Origin: Bugula neritina
Lineage: Eukaryota; Animalia; Bryozoa
NCBI GenBank assembly: GCA_964035545.1
Contig: CAXIUT010000179.1
Span: forward strand, 35,732-67,380
Length of the DNA: 31,649 nt
Direction: 5' to 3'
In this document: positions 15,285 to 28,654 of the stretch, in pieces
Position numbering within the stretch: position 1 is the stretch's first letter
Layout: each line of letters begins with the position of its first letter
Notes under the pieces: generated by a model
What the model was told of the DNA's origin: nothing
Databases searched by the model: none
Seen by the model: the letters and a program-made list of their open reading frames with translations, nothing else
Program-made: the position numbers and the translations under genes

Positions 15285-16873
15285 TCATTTCTTTGAATAA
15301 AAATGTTCATTTATCATCGCTATTGTCTTAGATATATTTTCACAAGAATCCTAGTTTATCCATCTTCCGAACAACTAAAAATCAAATACACTTTTATTCT
15401 TTTTCTAATTTTTAGTCCATGCATTGTATACTGATAAATATTTGGCGTTTAAGTCCTCAAATACTCGGTTTATCGTATGGCAACAAAGTACTCTTATTTT
15501 AAGTCTTTATTTCTATTTTGAAGAGTTAGAATGGACTTGGGTGAAGACATAACCAAGAAAAGTACGATATTGATCTTTGAAATGTTCAAATTTTTAGTAA
15601 GAAGTGTTTAGATGTGTTGAAGATAGAGGAATTCCGAATGAAATTTTGTTGGATATCATTTTTTATAGCTAGTTTTTAACCTTTTTATAGTTTTAAAGAA
15701 GTTTATCTGTTTTTTTAGAGTAAAGAGTTTTGAACACTTTGTCTTCTGCAAAATCGATCTACTTGAGTGCAAGATTCAAAATGCATAGACTCATTTTATA
15801 AAAAAAATATCTCATCAAAACCTGATTCTAGGTACTATTCATGATTTTTTTACCCTCAAGAACAGTCAAAACCTATTCAAGAAACTAAACTTTTCTTACT
15901 TGAAATAATCTCTGCTCTTCAATCGATTCTGATGATTCTGTTGATTCTCCTTCCTGATCTAGGCTAAATATACTATCTTTAAAGAGAGGATGTCTACCCA
16001 TATCGATAATACTGATCCTTTTTCTAGGCTAGACAACGAAAATAAGTGAGAAAAAGTGTTTTAAAATACCAAGATCTTTTTAAGATATAGAACGATTTTT
16101 CTTCCTTATTATTTGAGGATTAACTTCTCTTATTAAATCATAACCTTCCAAACACTTTGCTTCAATATCATTGAGGATATTAAGACCTTTGAAAGGATAG
16201 TCTCCAAACAACATATAGAAGAAAATCACACCAATTGACCATAAATCAACTGATTTATCATAGTTCTTTTAAGCCAGGATCTCAGGAGCCATGAAGTTAG
16301 GAGTACCACAATGGGATTTAGCTGTCTAGCTAAGTTCTTTAGCAAATCCAAAATCACCTATTTTGCAGACATAACCTGATTGCTTTGGTATCTTTTTCAG
16401 AAGTATATTTTAGCATTTAAGATCACGGTGAATTACATTTTACTGGTGAATTGCCCTCAGTCCTCGCAGTATTTGCGCAAAAATACTTACAGCTTCTGTC
16501 AATTTGAACACTCTATCAGGCATACCATACTGATAGCTATAGAGATTACCATACTAGCAATACTACATGACCAAAAATATGGATTATCCCTCTTTGTAGC
16601 AATAAAAGTACCTACAAAAGTTTTGAGCAGTTTGACGATGTTATGATGCCTGAGACTGTACATGAGATTGATTTATTGACTGAGATATTTTTCAAGTGAA
16701 GGTCTTTTGACTAACTGTTTGCGAGTTATGCACTTGACGGCTAGAGGTAGAAATTATTGTCCTATAGAATTGCCTAGATAGACACTGCCAAAGGCTCCAC
16801 TTCCTAATTTTTTAACATATTATATTTTATGGTTTTCAAAGGTGTAGCGTAGTTCTTTTTCAGTCAGATCCAT
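15285..16873 (-). CDS. Ser/Thr kinase, ULK/CAMK-like (522 aa), intron 16592-16611
   Basis: LGSGAFGSV, LAVK, IHRDLKCENIL, KIGDFGFAK, CGTPNFMAPE, DLWSIG, and a long helical C-terminal region. Confidence 0.88.
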
Positions 16874-17026
16874 ATTATTAACTTGTTAAATAATATCAGC
16901 GACATCCCAACAAAATAAATACCAAAATATATCTATCTAAAATGCCAAAGCCAAAACAAGTAAGACGATGATGGTATTAGATGAATAATGATATAAGATA
17001 TCTATCCAATAATTAAAAATAATCAC

Positions 17027-17728
17027 TCAATACATGTTATACCCTCCCCACCAACTATAATTAACAGGAAATCCAGCAACCATTCCATTGTTGCCATAAC
17101 TTCCCTGATACGTTGGCTGTGGCACGAACACTCTCGGCACATTTTGTTGTCCAACCATACCATCTCCTTTCTGAATGACAATCAAATTCGAATCGACCAC
17201 CTTGAAATCCACCCGTGTATCAGCAATATCTGTCTGCACCTCAGCATCCACCATTGTTTTTTATTGAATAGTCGATCTAGTAGTATTCTCAAGATGCTTT
17301 TCAATGGTTAAGTGATCCAGCTGTTCCATACAGTGTTTGTAGGTCTGTTTGTTGTAGTACTTCTTGAAGAATGCTATGATTTTGTTGACATGTGAGTATT
17401 TTTACTCTAGTTTCTGATGATGGCTTCGACATTGAAGAGAATTCCTGGTCGACAGAAAACTACTCATTTCTTCATAGAATTTATTTGATCTGAATCTTTA
17501 GATGATGTACCTTCGTTTCTATCTGGATCGCATCTTCTACTTGTTGTAATCTATGAAAACGATATATCGCATATGTTCTTATTCAGTCCATTTGCCACTG
17601 TTCTATCCGGGAATGTAACCATTTGTCCGATATGCAACAGAATCTTGATGTTCTCTCTTGATAAGGTCCTATTGAGGGTTCTAGATTGAGATATCTGTCA
17701 TCTACCTTGAGAAATTATTATATCTCAT
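17027..17728 (-). CDS. Single-repeat Myb (SHAQKY-like) transcription factor (~226 aa), probable intron 17490-17510. The start could be the in-frame ATG at 17797.
   Basis: NSGKWTEEEHMRYIVF...STRNSLQCRSHHQKL. Confidence 0.85.
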
Positions 17729-18335
17729 AGGAATAACATCTAATTAATAAGGCAGACTACTGATGTCCCAGTAACACTTGAAAACCAACATTAACATCAA
17801 TAAAGCCCAGTTTAAACCCTTTATCTCTTACGTTCAAGGATCTTCTAAACGATTTTTGGACACAATTTGTCTTTATTTTTGGATTTATTTTACAGTTTCA
17901 GGTTTTTTGTATTATCTCATCAAATTATTTAAAGTAAAAATATCCTTAACAAAAACAAACACATACAAACTTTTTATCTGATCCCAATCTAAGAGAATAA
18001 TTACCTATTATTTTATAATTTTGTCTTTTCTATTTTAATTGTAATTTGTTCCATCTGGCATACATGTTCACCAAAGAAACGATGTATTTTCTATCAAGTA
18101 AGCGCTATTAGTACCTAAATGACCAAATACACTCGTCCTCAACTTTATATCAACTCTTAGAGTCTTTCCTATGAGCTCCATCATTCATCTTAATTATAAA
18201 ACTACTGACAAACCTCGATTGACTAAACCAAAATAATTTGTAAAACTACACTTACATATATTTGATATATATAAGGAGTGGACCTTTGCTTGTTAATATG
18301 AAATAAAAATACAAAGCAAACAATAAGTGAGAATA

Positions 18336-19526
18336 TCAGTCGTCTTAATTATAGTAAAAAGAGGTACCAACTCCCACGCTTTCCATTATCTTAGTTGGTT
18401 TTGCTGGTTCTTCTTCCTGAACAAGTTATTTCTATTTTCTATCGTCAACTTTCACCACTTCTTTTTAGACTATTTTCTCTTTCTATACTTATAACTATTT
18501 GATCTAAACCTGATCTTACTTATCCTCTTTCTAGACTTTTTATCTTATCACAGATAAATCTCCATTATCAACCTTCGATTTACTCTTCTCCTTCTTTACC
18601 TTATCGTTCTTCTTGGTTTCTACTGGTTTATTTTATAATCTTTTCTTCCTTTTAGACCATTCAATCATCTCTTACATCTATTTACGTTTCTGTTGGGAAA
18701 TAGGTATCGAACTAATCCTTTGCCTATTATTAGCCACTTCTTCTTCATCTCTAAATGCTCCCATTCTACCCTCCCAGTATAAAATCTACTTTTATAGTTG
18801 TTAAATAGTTGTTTACTTATCTGTAAGTATTCCTTTAAAACTAAAAAACTCTTTATTGAGTGATTCTATTTTAGGACTCCATTTCTAATCTATTTTTTTC
18901 ATTTATTTTCGCATTTTTCCCATCTAATTCTACATACTCAAATACTCAAAATCAGGATTATCATAATCTTTTGGTACTGCTGTTTTAGCAAGTTCTTTAT
19001 ATTTATGTTTCTTGCCTATTTATTTTTATAAGCTATGAATCTTTTGTTTAAGCTAGTTGTTCTGAGCTTTAGCCCGCTTATACTTTTAATAAACAGTTGA
19101 TACTTGACTATTAAGAGGTTTGTGATAAGAAAGGGCATCTTACTTTTACTATTTCTTTTTGATTAAAGTTTTTTTTTACACACTCAACTTCAAATATTAC
19201 TTTTTAAGAAAGATAATATTATTTTACTAATCTTTAACTTCCTCTAATTTATGATCTCCAAGACTACTTCTAATATTTTTAATTTATTTTTTCAAACTAG
19301 CTATTTATTTAAGTTGCCGATTCTGTTCTCTTTTATATTTTTTTTGCAATTCCTATCCCTCCTCTATAAACTAAAAATCATTCCCTATAGACTTCTCTAG
19401 TAGACCTGAAATAATTTGATCCAATTTTTGAATTTAGACTATCAATCGTTTATTTTGATGTGTCATTCTCACTCGATTTAGTTTTGTTAGTTCAGGTCTA
19501 TCCAACTGAACTGATGATTATTGCAT
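18336..19526 (-). CDS. Coiled-coil protein of unknown function (396 aa)
   Basis: ATG 19526 and TGA 18336 are in frame (397 codons). E/K/L-rich. Ends and part of the middle were translated, not every codon. Confidence 0.7.
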
Positions 19527-19730
19527 TACTAAGTTATATTTTGGTATAAATTAATATCGTATTCATTGTATATCAAAATCATATTATTTAATATCATTAA
19601 ATAAATCCATTCATCTCTTTATCTTCTTATTATTTTGATTTAAATCCTTTTTATGGTCGTTTATTTTATTGTTTTTTTAGTTTTTATCATAAATAAACTA
19701 TAATATCATTAGATTTTTAATAACAAGTTG

Positions 19731-20444
19731 ATGTAGCAGGACATAATCATAAAATTTTGTGTAGTAGGATAACCCTCAGTAGGCAAAACCTCAATGCTCT
19801 ATCAATACGTTCATCATAAATTCGACTAAAAAGTAAGACCAACAATCGGCTGTGATTTTTCAACCAAAATCAACTCCACAATAGATGACAAACCAATCCG
19901 TCTGCAACTATGGGACATAGCTGGACAGTAACGTTTCAATGCTGTATCCAAAATGTACCTCAGAGGAGCTCTAGGTATAGAATATTTTAGTAAGGATGTA
20001 TAATAGTATGTTCGGCAACTGAGCGAGCCACTTTAGAGTAGACTCTAAAATGGAAGAGAATTATCCAAGAAAATGCAGATTATAATTCTGAAAGCAATGT
20101 ACCATGTTTATTGGTCCAAAATAAATCTGATCTCATCAATGGATAACAACCATAAAGTCATCAAACTAAAAAATTTTTATAATAATTTGCCAAAACCAAC
20201 GACTTCTGCGGACAAATGCAATGTTCAGCCAAATAAAATAAAAATATCGATTAAATATTCCAAGTCCTACTTGGTACTTATAGTATCTTATTCAGATTAA
20301 ACAATAAAACGAGGGCTAGTGAAATGTAGTCCCAGTGCTGCACAGAGAACAACCATGAAGAAAAACGAGAGTAATAACATAAAACTAACTAACCCTCCTT
20401 CTAGTATGGTAGATGCCCCAAATAAGAAGAAAAAATGTTGCTGA
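19731..20444 (+). CDS. Rab GTPase, Rab32/38-like (223 aa), introns 19975-19994 and 20274-20295
   Basis: GEPSVGKTS, PTIGCDF, WDIAGQERF (the I in place of T is typical of Rab32/38/7L1), NKSD, CSAK, C-terminal KKKCC prenylation motif. Confidence 0.93.
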
Positions 20445-20547
20445 CCTTTGTTTATTAGTCTATTTCATCATCTATTCATCAAATAACAATCAATTCCAAT
20501 CTACTTCAATCAATAGTAATCAACATTAAATGCAAAGATGATAGTGA

Positions 20548-20844
20548 TCATAGATATAGATGTCCGCATTGCATATTTAATTTTTGTTGTTTATGTGACT
20601 GTTTACATTCCTTCCCCATTGCAGAATAAGTATCCATATACTGTTTCATTGATTTTTACATCCCACTCCATTCCTTCCTCATACTAGCACCTTCGATAGA
20701 GTTCACCATCCGCTCAGTCACATAAGCTTAACGGCTGGGATACAAACGAGTAGACGACTTCATCAGACGAGTATAGGTGTCTAGAGGGGAGCTGTAGTGA
20801 GCTGATTCGAGACGAGTTGGATCATACATACCGTGATTTTCCAT
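20548..20844 (-). CDS. Small hypothetical protein (98 aa)
   Basis: Coding-like GC content, MENHGMYDPTRLESAHYSSPLDTYTRLMK...MQCGHLYL-TGA. The 3' end is uncertain. Confidence 0.5.
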
Positions 20845-20879
20845 TCTTCTATTAATTATAGAATAGTTTATGTAATCAA

Positions 20880-21560
20880 TCATTTACTGGTGAGATCATC
20901 ATTGAAGTGGATATGAATCGCAGGAACATACTGCTCCTCAGGTGGAACCTATAACTCCTAGTATAGAGACGATTGATCAACTATTCCGTTTTCTATCAAT
21001 GTGGCATCCATATTAAGGATCTTTCCTTTACGTTTCCAAGTATAGCTTTTAGCATGGATATTGATTTCCTCATATCTGTTCAATATCTACCATATTGTTT
21101 ATTCTTTTGGCACCTACAACTGATCCTATGTATCACTAAGTGTATTGATAATTCTAACAAATTGTGATTTATTTGTTAGTTTACCTATAAAAAACTATTG
21201 ATTTTTCCACCAAGGAATCATCAAACAATCCTTCCCAGAATCCAAATGCAAATACAATCCCTGAGGAATATAATATTCTTCCTCTCCACTTTTGTTAATC
21301 AACGTCCTAGGAGCCCTTGTCTTCTCATCAAACCAATGAGTTATATCAGTTCCAGCCGCCTTGATAATCGGCTCTACTTATTTTGAAGTCCTATTTTGTT
21401 GAATCAATGCTGTCAAATCATAAATATCATCGAAAAATGATACCCAGATATCGTTTGGAGTATTATGCTATTGCAATTACGAAAGAATATAGTAACGTCG
21501 TTTTTTGTAAGGTTTGGGAAGTAGTTTTTTCGGGTTGTCTGTTGCACTTTATACACTCAT
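20880..21560 (-). CDS. CYB5D1: Cytochrome b5 domain-containing protein 1 (ciliary radial-spoke protein), 226 aa
   Basis: HNTPNDIWVSFFDDIYDLT, AGTDITHWFD, PWWK, IGKLT, NIHAKSYTWK, YVPAIHIHFNDDLT. Confidence 0.9.
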
Positions 21561-21635
21561 TAATTAAAATCTATCAAATGATATTTATTGAAACTAAGTT
21601 TAAGTGAATAGTAAATATATTAATAAGCAAAATAA

Positions 21636-23080
21636 TCATTGATAATACCTTCTTTTTTTCATAACTCTAGATTTCTAAAATATTTTAGCAGGAGATATTT
21701 TTATTTTATTTCTAGTCTATTTATTCTATTCATAAATATGATCTCTAGGTTCAGTCAGTCCTTCAAGTTTCTTCAATACACTCATAATCAATATATTCTA
21801 AGATGAAGAAGTTAAATTCGTAGAAGGATATCTCAACATCATTCTAGGATTAGATGCTTTTGATGGCTGTTTCGATAACATCAGCCTATTTTGCTTTTCA
21901 TCTTGGGAGTTAGCAAGTGTCGATATATTTCTATTTTTTGAACGACCTGATTTTTTATTAAGCAGTTTTTACTTGTAATCACATATATCACTTATTCTAT
22001 CATCATAATGCTTCATCTTCTATATTTCTGTTAGCTTACCATAATCAAAACTTTTATGTCCTATTTGAGGCAATTTAACACCCCGTCTACCTCTCCTATC
22101 TGGAGCCTAATAAACTTATAAATCTAAATCCATGCCCAACAGATAAGTTATTTTGAATGGATACTATTTATTAAGAGTTAAATCGTTTACAAACTGCTTC
22201 CAAATATGCTAATTCTTTGCTATTGACTTCAAAAATGCCAAAGGCTTGAATTTCCATCCATAACCTTCACTTTTACATTTACCATTTGTTACCCAACCAC
22301 GTGCTACTACTCGACCACCTGTTGATTAGACCTATCCCTACTAAATAAAGTATATTCCTTTTATTAATGAATTTTTGTAAAATAGTTACCTAGATACTAT
22401 CTTGTTCATCAGTTGAGCTTGTTATATGTATAAATGTAGTAAGGTTCCTCTGAGAAAGTTGGCTAAATGATCTGGTCTTGGAAGAGCTATAGGAAGGATC
22501 AGAATCAAGGCGAAAGGTTGAGGAACAAAAGGTGAATACACTTAATTTGAAAGATGAATGGGATCAAGAGTATCTTAAGGACTTGAAAACATAAGCAATA
22601 TATCATCGATTTAGTGTGATTAATTTTTAGATAAAGGTAAAGATCCTTATTGATGTAACTGAAACATTGTATTCTAGAGTTGTGAGCTAAGATATGATCT
22701 CTAACTTTAAACTTCTTTAGTTTTTCTTTTCAAAGCACTAGCCGCCCTTCCATACAAACAGTAAGCTCTAGATTCAGCATTAAATGAGTAAACTTTATTC
22801 TACGAACAACTAATAATTTGTATCTAATCTGTAGAATTAAAATAATCTGGAAACAATTTGCAATGTCGTTGATCATTCATATAATGTATGAACTTGGTTA
22901 GGATTTCTGAATGTTATTTGATATTTTATTTCATCATACATGCATGAATGAATTTCTTATTATATATAGAGATACTTATAGATGTAATTCTGGTGTTCCT
23001 TCGAGCTAAAATTGATAGCGATTCAGTTCTGTAGGTTTAAGTGTTAATATTTTGGAGAGTTCTTTAAATGTTTATTCCAT
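21636..23080 (-). CDS. Hypothetical protein (~474 aa), intron 22956-22975. Possible degenerate cNMP-binding fold. The start may extend to 23136.
   Basis: TGA-free frame after removing gtatctctatatataataag. ELFYKNSLIKGIYFIEEGEV resembles the start of a cNMP-binding barrel. Confidence 0.65.
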
Positions 23081-23243
23081 ATATTATCTATTAAGTTTAT
23101 TAACTCAAATAGAAGAGTAACTTTATACTTGAGCATGATTTTTAAATTATTTTCTAAAGATATTATTAATAGAACAAATAATAGGAGATGATTTAATGTT
23201 GAAATTTAGGATAATGCGCAATAAAAATAAATTAATAGAACTG

Positions 23244-26200
23244 ATGCATATCTAAATTGAGCATTGTAAAGATTGCCACCTTCATAGCTGGTGCTCTCGT
23301 CATAACGAAGCCAAGTACAAAGAATTTGCTAGCATTATCGAAGCTAAAGTTCAATCACTGATCTAACACTTCACCATTTCTGTCAACTAACCTCCTCAAA
23401 GGTATCTTAAATATACCAATCTCAATGCTACTAGCCTTGGACTACAAAGATTCTTTGATTAAGAAAAACAAGAAATAGTTGTTTTTCCAAGACACGGGTC
23501 TTTTGAGATTAAAGTTAATGATCTTGTGATATTTTCTAAGATTCAATCTAATTTATGGCCCAATGTTGAGAAGATTGGTGCTTTACTACTTCAAATCAAC
23601 AACTAACTCGAAAATGGAGGAGACATTCAAAAGTTCTCACTCGACTACAGACTTGTCAATGAAAATAATGATTAAAACTTTGTTGATACCTATAAAAAAG
23701 TCATAAAATTTAAAATCAATAAAAGACCTCATAGTAGTCAATATAATGCCTCAGCTAATTTTTCAAGAATTGCAGATGTTAATTAACCTAGACAAATGAA
23801 TTACAAAAGAGTTGCTATCAGCTTAAAAAAGCATAACCAGTCTTATAATAGTTAGCAGCCTAAAAAAATATAAAGACCTATTCCAAAATTAAAAAAAGCT
23901 TAAACTAAAAAAGTTGATAGAGCTCATTAAAATGCCAACTAATACAATGAGTTTGAGGAGCATCATTTCGAAAGTCCAGTACAATAGATTACTAAAACTA
24001 ATCAAAAATATTCACCAAGATCAAGAAGAATAGTTATCAAAAAAGAAGCTTTTGGTCAACTTAAACCATTAACTGCTGATTTTTCCGGCAGTCATCCAGG
24101 AAAATTATAAAAGAAAAAATTAGTTATTAAACCAAACTAAAAGAAATCAGAATAAGGTAGTGGTAAAAAGGAAGAAAAAATACAAAAAGTTTAACCAAAA
24201 AGTATATAGAAAGTTGAAGAGTCAAAAAGTTAGGTTATGGAATAAAAATCTTTACCTCAAGATGAAAAGAGACACAGTGAACCCATGAAAGTAAGTTAAA
24301 AAGCAGCAGATTAAATAAAATAGGTTTAAATTGAATAGATTAAATAAGAAGAGAAATAGCCATAAGTGGTTTAACAGGTTAGATAAAGTGTTCAAGAATA
24401 AGAAAAATAGGTAAAACCTTCTTAGAAAAATATTTAAAGTATTAAATAAAAAAGTTAAAAAGTAAAATAAGAATCTTCAAATGATGGATATTAAGATTTA
24501 ATGAATGAAGTTGAATATGATGACAAAATTAAATCAGTTGAGCCAGAATAAGTTAAAATAGCTCACTAAGATAAGGAATAAAAGATCAAATAAAAAAGTT
24601 AACCTTCAGAAAAAGCAAAAGAAATTAATTAATAAAAAGAATACCAACCTGAATAGAAGAAAAAAAGTTAAAAATCAAATGAGAAATATGAAGAAGAGGA
24701 AATGTATGATTAATTTTAAGAATAAGCTGAAAATTAAGTTCGTCCTGAAACTAGTAGTCACTCAAGAAGATAAGAAAGTCATCATTCAGAAATATTATAA
24801 ACTAAATAAGAAGCAAATGATGGTAATTTCAAAAGAAAAACTGATAGATTTGAAGATTCAAAGGAATAAGCTGAGTACTAATAATAATTTCCAGTAGAAG
24901 TTGGAGAAGAGGTTTCTGAAATTCCTATTATAATCAATAAGAAAAAAGATACTCAAGAAGAAGATAAAAAGTAATAAGTGAAAGAAAATGATTATCATGT
25001 AGAGTTTGAAGAAGAAGCTGGAGATGAAAGAGGCAATGTTGTTGTCTAAAAACAAGATAAAATTAATAATGAAGAATAAAAATTAGATGATAAACCAAGA
25101 TAAATAGTTTAATTAAAAATTGAATAAAAAGTTTAATAAAAAGTCGAAGATAAAGTTTAATAAAAAGTTGAGGATAAAATTGAATAAAAAGTTGAAAATA
25201 AGGAAGATAAAGTTGAATAAAAAGTCGAAGAAATTACTGAATAAAAGCCTTCTGAAAAAATTGAAGATAAAATTGAATAAAAAAGTGAAGATAAAGTTGA
25301 ATAAAAAGTTGAAAAGGTGGAATAAAAGGTCGAAGATAAGGTCTAAGATAAAGTTGAAGATAAAATAGAAGACAAAGTCGAATAAAAAGTAGAAGAAAAA
25401 GGTGAATAAAAAGTTGAATAAAAAGTTGAAGATAAGGTCTAAGATAAAATATAAGATAAGATAGAAAACAAAGTTGAGAATAAAGTCGATGAAAAAGTGG
25501 AATAAAAAGTTTAAGAAAAATCTCAGAGTGATAAGCCTATTTAAATTTAGGAAGTATCTAAAACCATATAAAAAATTTAATAAAACAAAAATAATGAATA
25601 AAAATAAAATAAAGTATAAAATGAGAAATAAAATCTTAAAAAATAAGAAGCTAGTTAATAGATAGTTAAAACAGTTTAAAATATTGAATAGAAAGTATAA
25701 AGAAAAGAAGAAGATCCAAATAATGAGGTAAAAGAAGATAGAGCTAAAGAAATAAATGCTTTAAAATAAGATAAAGAATAAAAAATAGAATAAATTAAAG
25801 AAATTAAGGAATAAGTAGGCAAATAATAATCGAAAGTTTAAGAACCTAAAGAAATATAGAAACAATAATAAAATATTTAAGATGTAAAAGAATAAGTCAA
25901 GGAAGTGAAAGAATAAACTAAATAAATTAAAGAATAGGTAAAAGAATAGGTAAAAGAATAGGTAAAAGAAGAAGTCAAATAATAAGTCAAATAATAAGTC
26001 AAATAATAAGTCAAAGAATAAGTCAAATAATAAGTCAAAGAATAAGTCAAATAATAAGTCAAAGAATAAGTCAAAGAATAAGTCAAATAATAAGTCAAAT
26101 AATAAGTCAAATAATAAGTCAAATAATAAGTCAAATAATAAGTCAAATAATAAGTCAAATAATAAGTTAAATAATAAGTTAAATAAGAAGTTAAAGAAGT

Positions 26201-28517
26201 AAAATAGGACATCATTTAAATTGAAAAGAATGAAGAAGTAAATTAAAAATCTTCTGAGATGAAATAGGTAGATTAAAAATAAAAACTTGAAGAAAAAGTT
26301 TAGCCTTCATCTTAAGTCCAACCTGAAAAGAAACCTACTTAATAGAATCCTCAATAAATAAAGCAAGATTCTAAAAATTAGATTCCTTAATAAACAAAAG
26401 TATAGCTTAAATAATAAAATAAAAGCGAACATAAAGAACCAGATAATGCTTAGGTTAAATAAAATGAAACTGTTGCTAAACCTATCGAATAGCCAGTTTA
26501 GAAAAATGATGAAGAAAAAGTTTAATCAGTCAAACAATAGCCATAAAAAGATAAATAAGCATAAAATATACCAATTCCAGCTCAAGAATAATAGACTATT
26601 CAAAAAGAAAATACTTAAAAAGTCGATAAAGAAGAGAAAAAATCATAGCATTAAGTCGAATTTGCAAAAATTAATTAATAATCAAAGGTTGAATCAGTAA
26701 AATAAATAGCTTAATAAGTTATCATTGCTACTAAAGAAGATAAATAAGAATCAAATAAAGATAAAGAATAATAAAAAGTCAAATAACCCGAAAATATTCA
26801 ATAATAACCTAAATCTGAGGTAAAAGTCTCTTAAATTATTAACATAGTTAAAAATGAATCACCAGTTGAAGATTAAAAATAGAAATAAGTTGAATAAAAG
26901 AAGGAGATTATTAAATAATCATAAAAATAAATTGCTGAATCAATTTCTAAAAACTAAGAAAAATAAGCAACTAAAGAAGTAGCATAAAGTGCTTAATAAA
27001 TTAAAGAAGTAAAAGGACAAACAGAACTAATTATTCAATAATAAACTAAATTATATGTGAAAGAGTTAAAATAATAAAATTTGTCAGCTAAATAATAACA
27101 TAAATAATCTAAAGAAGAATAAAAACTTGAAAAAAAAAATTAAGAGGTTAAAGAGAAAGTTTTAGAATAAATTAAATAAGAACCAAAATAAGAAACAAAA
27201 GAAGTAAAATAAGAAACTAACAATTAAGTCAAATAAGAGGTAAAATAAGAAGTGAAATAAGAAGTGAAATAAGAAGTAAAATAAGAAGTGAAATAAGAAG
27301 TAAAATAATAAGTAAAATAAGAAGCTAAATAAGAAGTTAAATAGGAAAGAAAAGAAGATGTTAAAGAAGAAGTAAAAAAAGATGAAAAATAATAAGTGAA
27401 ATAATAGACAAAATAAGAGGTAAGATAAGAAAGAAAAGAAGATATTAAAGAAGATGTTAAAGAAGAAAAATAATAAGTAAAATAAGAAGTAAAAGAAATA
27501 GTCAAAGACGAAGTCAAAGAAGAAGTTAAATAGGAAAGAAAAGAAGATGTTAAAGATGAAGTTAAAGAAGTCAAATAAGAGGTAAAATAAGAGACAAAAT
27601 AAGAGATAAAATAGGAAACTAAAGATGAAAAAGTCGTATAAAAAGCATAAGAAGATATTGAAAAGTAGAAATATAAATAGTAGTCAAAAGTATAAGAGAA
27701 ATAAGATATAAAATAACAAAACTAATCAAAATAGATAGTAATTGATAATAAATAATAAATAAAATAATAATAAGTCAAAAAGTAGAATATCAAAGAAGAG
27801 AAAGAAGAGCCTTAAATAGTCATTAATAAACCTCAATAATAATAAAACAAGAAAGAAGGACAATAAGAAAATAAATAGGAAGTGAAAAAGATTTAATAAA
27901 AAGAATAAATAAAAGAAGAACCAAAAGAAGAGATAAAAGATATAAATGTTAAAGAATAAGCAGAGTAATCTAAACCTGTTGTCAGCTAATAAAAAGATAA
28001 AAAATAATAAAATGCTAAAGAATAACCTCAAGTTGAGCCATCTAAATAAGAGAAAAAGGAATAATAAATTGAAAAAGAGAAAGATAATAAATAAGAGATT
28101 AAAGATGAAAAGAAATAGTAAAATGAAGAAAAATAAAAGCTAAAAATCGAGGCATAAGCATTGGTTTCATTAGAAAAATAGCCTAAATAAGTTAAATAAT
28201 AACCTAAATAGGAATCTAAATAGATCTAAAACATTAAATAAAATAATAAATAATAAGCTAAAGAAGAGTCTAAGTAATAACCTATTGAAAAGCCAAAATA
28301 AGAGATTCGATAAGATGTCAAGGAATAAATTAGATAAGATATCAAAGATAAAAATTAAAAATAACATAAGTCATAAGAGATATAAGGACCTGTTAGTAAA
28401 GAATTACTGAAGGAAGAGTAAGGAAATTCTAAAGAGCAACAAATAGTTGAACCTGAAGTATCATCACCTCTGAATAATAATTTAAATGTACCAAATCCTG
28501 AGCCAGTAAATGTCTGA
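23244..28517 (+). CDS. Giant protein (~1757 aa): N-terminal Rdx-family (SelW/SelH/SelT-like) thioredoxin fold plus a very long Glu/Lys/Val-rich repeat tail. In-frame ATGs also at 23196 and 23214.
   Basis: MHIEIEHCKDCHLHSWCSRHNEAKY...FPRHGSFEIKVNDLVIFSKIQSNLWP. Start and stop in frame (1758 codons) and the frame held wherever spot-checked. Confidence 0.85.
25119..25510 (+). repeat. Degenerate 12-nt coding repeat (VEEK/VEDK)
   Basis: Units like GTTGAATAAAAA and GTTGAAGATAAA inside the giant CDS. Confidence 0.8.
25880..26205 (+). repeat. Near-perfect 12-nt coding tandem repeat (EEVK)n
   Basis: Units AAATAATAAGTC, AAAGAATAAGTC and AAAGAATAGGTA. Confidence 0.95.
27225..27620 (+). repeat. Second (EEVK)n block with higher-order units (EEVKEERKEDVK)
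   Basis: AAATAAGAAGTG/A units. GAAAGAAAAGAAGAT recurs three times. Confidence 0.85.
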
Positions 28518-28654
28518 TAAATGTTCATAATCTACATTTAATATCTATTTATTATCTTTAAACTATTTAAGTCAATATGCTTCATCTTTTTGTAAATAAA
28601 AACATCAACAATACAACTAAATAAACATTATTTGATTAAAATATAGCATATAAA

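Noticed and set aside
23244-23600. Selenoprotein (Rdx family often has CxxU)
   Set aside because: The motif is CKDC from TGT and TGC codons, with no in-frame TGA.
25880-26205. Possible CRISPR array or non-coding satellite
   Set aside because: 12-nt units without spacers, in frame inside a eukaryotic CDS.
24858-28367. Minus-strand F/L/Y-rich and (LTYY)n ORFs, and plus-strand K/N-rich ORFs
   Set aside because: Antisense or off-frame shadows of the single Glu/Lys-rich CDS 23244-28517.
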